Of a stretch of DNA of 64,000 nt, positions 37,364-47,100 are shown one piece after another. The position numbers were made by a program, and so were the translations under genes. The notes beneath the pieces are model-generated. The model did no database searches and was not told the origin of the DNA. It saw only the letters and a program-made list of their open reading frames with translations. How positions within the stretch are numbered: position 1 is the first letter of the stretch; each line of letters opens with the position of its first letter. Source of the stretch: an uncultured virus (IMG/VR IMGVR_UViG_3300008262_000226) (lineage: Duplodnaviria; Heunggongvirae; Uroviricota; Caudoviricetes); IMG/VR virus record IMGVR_UViG_3300008262_000226, positions 62,001 through 126,000 of that record. The stretch is one strand, 5' to 3'.

Positions 37364-38134
37364 ATGCCATTAACAAGATTAGATAATCTTATTTCTAGTA
37401 AGACTGGTAAATATCTTTATGTTTCACCTGACGACTTTAATGCTACAGATGCCTTAGATAACAGAGGTAATTCTCCTCTAAGACCATTTGTTAGTATTCA
37501 AAGAGCATTTTTAGAAGCGGCAAGATTCTCGTATCTACCTAATGTAGATAATGACAGGTTTGACCAGTTTACAATCATGCTGTCGCCTGGCAATCACTAT
37601 ATTGATAACCGCCCTGGTGTGGAAGATGTTTCTACTCTTCCAATTTTTCAATTTAATCAGGCAACACAAGAGTGGGAAGCAAATACTAATGTAAGCTTCG
37701 ATCTCTCAGACCCAGATAATATTCTCTACAAGTTCAATGGTCGTGATGGTGGCGCAACCATTCCTAGAGGAACTTCTCTTGTTGGAACAGATCTTCGCAG
37801 AACACAAGTTCGTGCTTTATATGTTCCAGATCCTGCTGATCCAGATGTTCCTCGCACAGCTCTCTTTAATGTAACGGGTGGATGCTATTTCTGGCAGTTT
37901 ACCATTCTAGATGGTGATTTAGAAGCAAGTTCGCCATTATATAATGTTGGATCTCCTGTTGGTGTTGGTAAAGTATACACGCAACCTGGCAGCACTACGA
38001 ATTTAGCAATTCCTGAATTCTCTCACCACAAAATGACAAACTTTGTGTTTGCCGACAGAGAGGATCTAGGTTTACTTTACAGAAAGATTGCTCGTGTATT
38101 CAGTGATTATCAACCAGCAATTGATGACGTATAG
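37364..38134 (+). CDS. Giant virion structural/fibre protein, N-terminal part (ends at a frameshift)
   Basis: MPLTRLDNLISSKTGKYLYVSPDDFNATD...NRGNSP.RPF.SIQRA, a conserved cyanophage N-terminus. Confidence 0.85.
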   Translation: MPLTRLDNLISSKTGKYLYVSPDDFNATDALDNRGNSPLRPFVSIQRAFLEAARFSYLPNVDNDRFDQFTIMLSPGNHYIDNRPGVEDVSTLPIFQFNQATQEWEANTNVSFDLSDPDNILYKFNGRDGGATIPRGTSLVGTDLRRTQVRALYVPDPADPDVPRTALFNVTGGCYFWQFTILDGDLEASSPLYNVGSPVGVGKVYTQPGSTTNLAIPEFSHHKMTNFVFADREDLGLLYRKIARVFSDYQPAIDDV

Positions 38135-41100
38135 CTCCTGATGCAGATGAAACAAAGTGGTCTCGTCTTGTAATTCGTGGTCGTGAATTTGATTTCAGGG
38201 TTCAAGAAAATAGAATCGTTGGTCCTCTTTCTGACGCTGTTAGATTAGATGAGGTAACAATTTTAGATTCTAACCCCGCAGGAACAGTTACTGTTAAAGT
38301 AAGAACAAAAATTAATCATGGTTTCTTCCCTGGTCAATACGTTGCAATTTCCAATAATGGATTGAATACTACACTCAATGGTGTATTCAAAGTAACTGCT
38401 ATCAGTCAAACTGATCCAAAAGAATTCGAATATAAAGTTGCAACCACAGCAACTGGTTTAGGATTGATTAGCGGAACTACTTACACTGCAGTATCTTCTC
38501 CATCACTTGACACTAACGCTACCGTACAGGCGGAGGTAGATAGCGTAGAATCAGCATCTCCATACGTCTTCAACGTTTCGATTCGTTCGACATGGGGTAT
38601 TTGCGGTATTTGGGCTGATGGTCGCAAGGCGACTGGTTTCAAATCCATGGTTATCGCCCAGTATACTGGTGTTTCGCTACAGAAAGACGACAGAGCATTC
38701 ATTCGTTACGACGAATTCAGCAACACATGGAACCAGGCACCACTAACTGATGCGTTTGCTACAACTCCTTATCACATCAAGGGAGATGCATATTGGAAGG
38801 ATGATTGGAGAAACTTCCACGTTCGTGCTTCAGATGACTCCTTCATTCAGAACGTTTCGATCTTCGCGGTAGGTTTTGCTGATCACTTCCTGCTTGAGTC
38901 AGGTGGTGACATGTCTATCACCAACTCGAACTCAAACTTTGGTAACACTTCGATGCACTCGAAGGGATACAAAGGTTTTGCATTCTCGCAAGATAAAGGC
39001 GGATACATCACTCATATTGTTCCACCAAAATCTCTTTCTACTCTAAAAAATATTAAGCAACAGTATTATGTTCTGGATGCTCAATTAACTAGAGCTACTT
39101 CTAATCAAAATAGATTATATTTTGGATCTGATGATGCTCGTAGCGCAGAAGATCGCCCAGCAGCATCGATTGGTGGGTATAGAATTGGTGCAAGAAGAAA
39201 TGAAAAATTATTTGTAAAACTAGATACTTCTGCTGCTAAGCAAGCAGAACTTTCTCCATCTGGGTTTAAGAGATGGGTTTCTTCTCTATCCACAATTTCT
39301 CCAACTGGTTCTAGATCTGTAGAAGATATAAGTCGTTTGTATGTAACTAGCACTGTTGGATTTGCTTCAAATGATTTTGTTAAAGTTGATAACGAATTTT
39401 TCAGAATTACTGCAGTTAATCCTTCTAGTTTAAATGTAGTAAGAGCACAATTGTCATCTGCAGCATCTGATCATGTTAATGCATCTATTGTTACAAAATA
39501 TATTCAAAACGCTGTAGCGACTACTGTTCTTAATGAAGAAGTTGATGCTACTGAGACAGTATTTGACGTTCAGAGCACTACTGGTCTTGCTCCAAATATG
39601 TTTGCTAGTATTACTAATAGTCAAACATCTATTAATGAAACAGTTAGAATTGTAACTATTGAGGGTGCTAGTCAAATTACAGTTCAGAGGGGTCAGTTAG
39701 GAACTATTGCTGTTGCTCAACCACAGACATCTTTAGTTACTCTAACAACACTTTCAAATACATATTCTCCTGCTTCTCCTAGTGTAACAACAACTCTCAC
39801 TGAGAGATATCCAAGAATTACTCCTGCATCAAATGCATCAGAAAGAGATTATAATCTTGCACAAGATGCTGCGAATCTAATTGATTCAAATAAAACATTC
39901 ATTCAAGCAGAAGCATTTGGATATGTTTTACAGAAATATCCATATCTTCAAAATATTTCTTATGTAAACCCAAATATCACTGCGGAAACTGGTAGATATC
40001 GTGATGCCAGCAATTTGATTAAAGCAAATCGCCAAGAAATTATTGATTATGCTTTCACTCAAATGCAAGTTGCATTCCCTTCATTCGTTGTTCCAAACAA
40101 TGAAAATGATAAGTGTAAGCGTGATATTGGATATATTGTAGATGCAATCGCAAACGATTTATATGATGGTGGAAATGCAAGCATCATTGAGGCAACCAAA
40201 GCATATTTTGACAATAACGGATCTTTAATTACAAATGGTGTTTTGGGTGAGCAAACTCAATCGGTATTTGCTTTCAATAGAGCAAGAGATTGGGCTAAGA
40301 AAGCAATTTCAAACCTTCTAGGAAATACTTCTCTACTTGATGTAATTAGTATCACTTCATCTGGAACAACTGTCACCGTAACGACAGGAAATCCACATAA
40401 TTTAGAAGCAGGTAATAAAGTAACAGTTGGCGGTGCAACTCAAACTGCATATAATGGAAAAGTAACTGTTCTTGCTTCTGGATTAACTGCTACCCAATTT
40501 AGATACACTGCATTATCTGCTCCTTCTGCGTCACCAGCTACTGGTGCATATTATGTTTCGACTGTAACTATTGATCCATCTAATGATTCTATTGTTGCTG
40601 GTAGATATAAGGATGCGAGCAACTTAGTTAAATCAAATCGTCAAGAAATTATTGATAGAGCTGCAGCTAAAGTTGCTATTGATTTTCCTGATTTTTATTA
40701 TCCAGGTGATAGTCAATCAAATGCAACTTCTCGTTTTAAGGATTCGTATCGTCTAATTCAACAAAACAGACAAGAAATTATTGATAGAGCAGCTGCCGAA
40801 ATCGCTGTTCAGCATCCAGATTTTTATTATCCAAATGATGCTCAAACTACAAGCACATCGAGATATAAAGATGCTTATCGTTTGATCCAATTAAATAGAC
40901 AAGAAATTATTAATGGAGCTTATGCTCAAATTGCTATTGATTATCCTGGATTTACAAATCCAAATCCAACAAAGTGTCAAAGAGACATTGGATATTTTAT
41001 TGATGCAATTTCTCTTGATATTTCAATTGGATCTGGTAATGTTTATTCGCGCAAGTTCACTCAGCAGTATTTTACTGTTAGTGGAGCTCCAATTAGTGAT

Positions 41101-44100
41101 GGATTACTAGGAGAAGAAACACAATCGATTGCTGCATTTAATAAAGCTCGTGATTTGATGAAATCGGCAATCACAAATCAATTAACGGTAAAAGATTTAA
41201 CTGTTACTGTAGATCCTATTACTGGTTCTAATACAAATGTAAATTCTTGTTCTAATGTTCAACTTGCAATTACTAACTTAAGCGCAATTGTTACAAATGC
41301 TATTGGTGCTGGTAGTATTTCTGGTTTACCACCTGAAAATGTAGGAACTGTTCCTGCTGGAGAAACAAAATGCAAGAGAGATATTGGCATGTTTATTGAT
41401 GCTATTTCTCTTGATATTGTTCAGGGAGGTGGTAATGTTTATGCGCGTAAATTCATTCAACAGTATTTTAATCAGGCAGGAACTGCTTGGATAACTGGCG
41501 GATTACAAGGTGAAGAAGCTCAGTCTGTAACTGCATTTAACAAAGCAAGAGATATAATGAAACTTGCTGTAGCAAACCAGTTATATGTAAAAGATCTTTC
41601 TATTACTGCTGATCCTGCTCCTGGTTCTAATTATGGAACTTCTGGATCTAATACTGATAATAATTTAAATCCTGCTCTATGTTCAGATGTTCAAAATGCA
41701 ATTACAACTTTAACTTCTATTGTTACTGCTAGAGTAACTGCTGGAAATCTTACTGGATTACCTGCAGAAACACAAGCAACCATTCCAAATGGAGAAGCTA
41801 AGTGTAAGCGCGACATTGGTTATATTGTAGATTCTATTGCCCAAGATTTATTCTGGGGTGGAAATGAATTTACTGTTGGTGCAGTAAGAGAATATTTTAC
41901 TCTAGCAGGTGTTCCTATTTCTAATGGATTAGTTAATGAAGAGAGTCAAACAGTAGTTGCTTTTAATGCTGCAAAAGATGTTGTTAAAAAAGCAGTTACA
42001 AATCAACTTTATTCTAAAAATTTAAATCTTTCTTATGGTCCAGCAAATGCTGGTGGATCGGGTGGAAATGTAACATACAATGCATCTGGTAATGGTGCTA
42101 CTTGCGTAGATGTTCAGACCACAGTAGAAAACTTATTTGCAATTGCTACTAGTGTTGTAGCGTCTGGAACTTTAGCAAATCTTCCTCCAGTAACTAATGG
42201 ATCTTACGATTGTGCTAATGTTAGAAATAGTATAGATACATTAACTGCAATTTTAACAACTGCGTTAGCATCAGGAAATCTATCTTCTTTACCTGAAGAG
42301 AATCCAGGATCATGGAGCACAGTTAGTGAGAGTAGTAAGTGTAAGCGTGATATTGGATATATTGTAGAGGCAGTTACTTCTGATCTACGTTTGGGTGGAA
42401 ATGAAAATACTATCAACGCAGCAGAAGCATACTATACAGCTGTTCCTCTCAACACTGACACTGTAGACGGAAGACAAGATGGATTTACTCTAGATTATAT
42501 TGAAAATGAGAGACCAGAAACTCTAGATGCATACAACTATGTAAGAAATTTGGCTATCTCAGCAATGAGAAACCACAATACTTATATCAATAATGCTTCC
42601 ACTACTTTAAATTCTCCAATCGTTACAGTTCCAAGCACAATTGGTCTTGCTATTGGAATGCGTGTTAGAAGTGTCAATGCTATTCCAACAGGTCCTTCTG
42701 ATACAGTATCATTTACTTCTACTATTCCAGATACAGCATACATCAAAAAAATTGGTGATGGTCAAAATGGATTGGCATCGAATCAAATAGAATTAGGAAG
42801 ACTAGGAAGCAGATTTGATGATGGAGAAACTGTAAGTGCTCAGGGAACATCGTCTACTGTAAAATTATACGTTGAATTAAATCAAGGATCTTGGGCAACA
42901 ACAATTGCTCCTTCAACCGATAGCGCAGTTATTCAAGATTATAATTACACGGCTGCTGGCGATCCTTCAACTGGATCTCCAGGAGGAGAGTGCGCTACTG
43001 TTGCTAATTCAATTGTTAATTATTTCAATATTATTTCAACAATTATCAACAATGGTGTTGGTGTTGTTCCTAGAGTTGCTTCTTCTCTTAACACAGCATC
43101 CCTCGCTCAAAGAGGATCTCTATTCACTTTAACTGAATATGATAGCAATGGAAATCCAACATCAAACCCCCACCAGTTAGAAACTGGAACTCCAGTAAGA
43201 CTTGTTCCATCTCCTAGACCAGGAACTAATCCAGACAAGAGACTGGTTAGACTTCCAAAAGGATTTGATACAAATACTATTTACTATGTAATTGCTCCTG
43301 GCAGAAGAACAGATCCTTTTGATTATTCTAATTCTATCGGATTTAATGGCGCAAATCAGCAAACATTGATGCTTGCTACTAGTGAAGAGAATGCTGCCGC
43401 AGGTATTTACATTTATTCTTCCGAGACTGATAGTGTAGATCCAGATGTAAATATTGATGTTTATCAGTATGTTCTAGATCTTAAGTATGATCTACATCAA
43501 TATGAAACTAAAATTGCTAATAATAGCAGCACCGAATTTGAAACCACTAGACCACATATTTTTGACAAACCAGCTGATGGAGTTGAACCTCAGTTAGTGT
43601 TCTTTAGAGTTGGAAGTGATATTATTGGATCATCGTTGCCTACTCTATCTTCTAATTTTGGTGGAACTGTTATTTCAGAAAAGCAACAGTATTATGTTCG
43701 TTATGTAAGTTCCAGAAGATTTACGATTCACCAAACATTTACTGATGCTAGAGATAATATTAATCCTGTAACTTTCCAACCAGGAAGCACCGCAGTATTC
43801 TACGCATTTGCTAGCAAGAGAAGATCTCCTCTCAAATATGATCCTGTTGTAGGTGGTGCAAATGATGGTTGCTGGTATTTAAACACCTTAACTGCAGGAA
43901 ATGAAATTGTTCCTAGATTGAAGTTTAGTGATTATGCAGGAAGAATCAGAACAACTGATACTTACTTTGAACGTATTGAAGATAATAGAACGGAAGATGA
44001 TCGTGTATATAGATTCCGTTATGTAATTCCTAAGAATCTTAAAACCGTTCGTGATCCTCTACGTGGATTTGTGTTTAAGATTAGAACAGATGAAAAGAGA

Positions 44101-47100
44101 AGATTGCTCCCCCAGAAAATATTACTGAAACCAACTGCATCTGGTTCTTCACTTGCCACAATTAATGCTCCTGTCACTGGTGAAAGACTAGGTTTAACTG
44201 TATCTGAACTATACAGTCAAACTGGTAAAGATTCTACTTACGATCCAGGTCCTCAGGGTAATCCTAAGAGAATCGAAACAGATTCTAAGATTTCTTTCAC
44301 AGTTCAATCTGCCAGAAAGAGAACTATTCAAAATAGAGATTATTTAGAATTAACTGTATTTGATATTGGTGTAGATGCCGAAGCATATAAGACTAAACTC
44401 TTCACAACGGTTAAAATTTCTGCTCCTGAGGGTGGAGATGGATCCTTTATTGAAAGTATTCCAAATTCTAATAACACAAATAAAATTACTTGGGATGGTA
44501 ATAGCAAGGGAACTGCATATGTTCACGCATATTTTTCTTATGAAAACGATTACTACATGATTCTTAAGGATCTCACTGGTAATTCTGAAATTAAGTATGA
44601 TAGTAATACAGTTACTACCTTTACTCAAGGATCTGTAACTGCTACTTTACTTGATCAACCAAATGGCGGAAGATCTGACATTTCTAATTTCCTTTATGTT
44701 GTGGAAGGAGCAAACGTTTACACTATGACTCCTGGCGACACTTTAAATGATGATCAAGGAGTGTCGTATACAATTGCTGAAGTAGAAGATTCTTCTGAAC
44801 TTGAAAGCACTTTCTACATTTTTGATATTGATACTATCCGTAGAAGAATTGCTGGTCAACAAGATGGTGTGTATTATCTCACATGTTTACGTGGAGATAT
44901 TAGACCTTTCCCAACTGGTTCTGGTGTTGGTGAAAACTTCAGAAACTTCAGATTCTCTCAACCAGTATCTAAGTTATATCCAGAATTCTATAAGAACGAC
45001 CCAGAATGGTATAAGGGAATAAGTGCAGCAACTGCCACGTTACTTGATCCACCACCAACAATTTCTGCGGCAGACAACTATATCCATGGTTTAGTTACGG
45101 TTAATGATTCCAAAGGATCTGTAACTAGAGAAACCGTTCTTGATTTTGTTGCTGATCCTGGAACAGGAAATTATACATATTCTGGAAATAATACAATTCA
45201 AGCTCAACCAGGATCAGCTTCTGCTGGATCTGAAGGCAGATTGATTCCTATTTCTGGCGATTCTCCATATCCAACAGAAGGAAAACTTTATATAGAACTT
45301 CGTAGACCATCTATTGCGCGTTCTGGCAACCATACCTTTGAATACCTTGGTTTCGGTCCTGGTAACTACTCAACTGGTTTCCCTGCGCGTCAGGAAGTGG
45401 TCTTAACTGATGTTCAAGACTTCTATGCTCAAGCTAAGCGTGAAGACGCTGGTATCGTCTTCTACACGGGTCTGAACTCCAATGGTGACCTCTACATTGG
45501 TAATCGCAAGATCAATGCTATTACTGGTGAAGAAACATTCCTAGAAAGAGCGGCATTAGTTGAATCTGAGGATGAAGGAGATAGTATTGGCAATCTTGTA
45601 ACTACTTTTGATACTCCAGTTACATTTAATCAAATCATCACAATTAATGGTGGTGATGGATCTGATGAAAGTTTCTTCAATTCTCCAGTTGTAATTAATA
45701 ATGCAACTTCTTTCGGAACGGTAGAAAATTATCCTTCACTTAAGATTGTTACTGGAGAAGGAACTCCTGTTGGATTTGATCAGTATTTAGAATATAATAC
45801 TGTTGGTCAAAGAACAGGTGATATCGTCATTCATCAAAACAGAATTACTGCAGCTGTATTTGATTTCAATCCAAGAGGAACACAAGATTATACTATTAGA
45901 ACTTCCATATCAAATATCACTCCAGATTTTAACAATACATTTGGGCAAACTACAGGATTTACTTCTCAAATTTTAGCAACTAATTTTGGAACTAGAGATC
46001 CGTTGAAGTCAGGTGATATGCTATTGAAGGGAGATCAAACTTCCTTTACTGGATCGTTAGGTTGGATATATGCTAATGATTACATTGCTATAACTAACAG
46101 ATCTGATGGTCAAACAACACCTCAAGTTGTAGGTATTCAGGGTAATGCTACTGGAACATTTGCTAGAATTAACTGGAATACTGGTATTAATAATGGTTCT
46201 CTAAGTATTAATAGTTCTACTCAAATTAGAATTACTAATGCTACTGGAACATTAGCAGTTACAAATGGTGTTTGGAATATTGTTCCAGGAAGTTTTAACG
46301 CTTCTAACAATTATATTGATGTTATTCTGAACTCTAATCTTTCTGTGTATCCAGTTAATCTTAATAATGGTAAAGGATACCCAGTTGATCAAGTAGCACA
46401 ACCAAATATTGCAATCGCTCGTTCGTCTTCTCAATTTAAGGAGTGGGGTGTTCTAGGTGCAGAAGCAATTAGAACAGAAACTTCTTCGATTGGAAATTAC
46501 AAGTTAGGTATTAATACCGTTGCTCGTTCTCCACATTCTGCATATCTGACAGCATTTGTTTCTCCAGAAACAACGCCAAGAGCAAATCTTGATGTTGTCG
46601 GTAATGCATTTATCAGTGGTAAGGCAATTAATTCTTATTTAACTGAGCAAACATCTACGAAGACAGAAACTAATTTAGACAATGCTTTGGTTGTTGGTGG
46701 CAATAGTTTGAGTCTAAATGGTCCTGCTACATTCCGTGTTCAGACAACGAATAATGGTAGAGTAGGAATTAATACTTCTCTAGTTGATGTCGTAAATCCA
46801 TCCAACGTTCTTGATAGAAATTTTGTAGTTGTAGGTAATGCTAGAATTACTTCAGATTTTGAATTAACAGGTGACCTTCAAGTTAATGGTGGTGATTTAA
46901 CTACAACTTCTCCATCTTTCAATTTATTAAATACTTCTTCTCCAGACATTTTAAACTTTGCTGGTGGTGCAGAAATATTTAATATTGGTCACACGACAAC
47001 TGGAGCTCAAACAATTAATGTCGGCAATGCTGCTTCATCTAGTTATATTCAAGTTGGTAACGTTGCTACAGAATCTGTTTTCAGAATTCATAGAAATTCA

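Noticed and set aside
38125..38134. Stop-codon readthrough, alternative genetic code, or programmed frameshift
   Set aside because: The continuation is in another frame, there is no slippery sequence, and TAG ends other genes normally.
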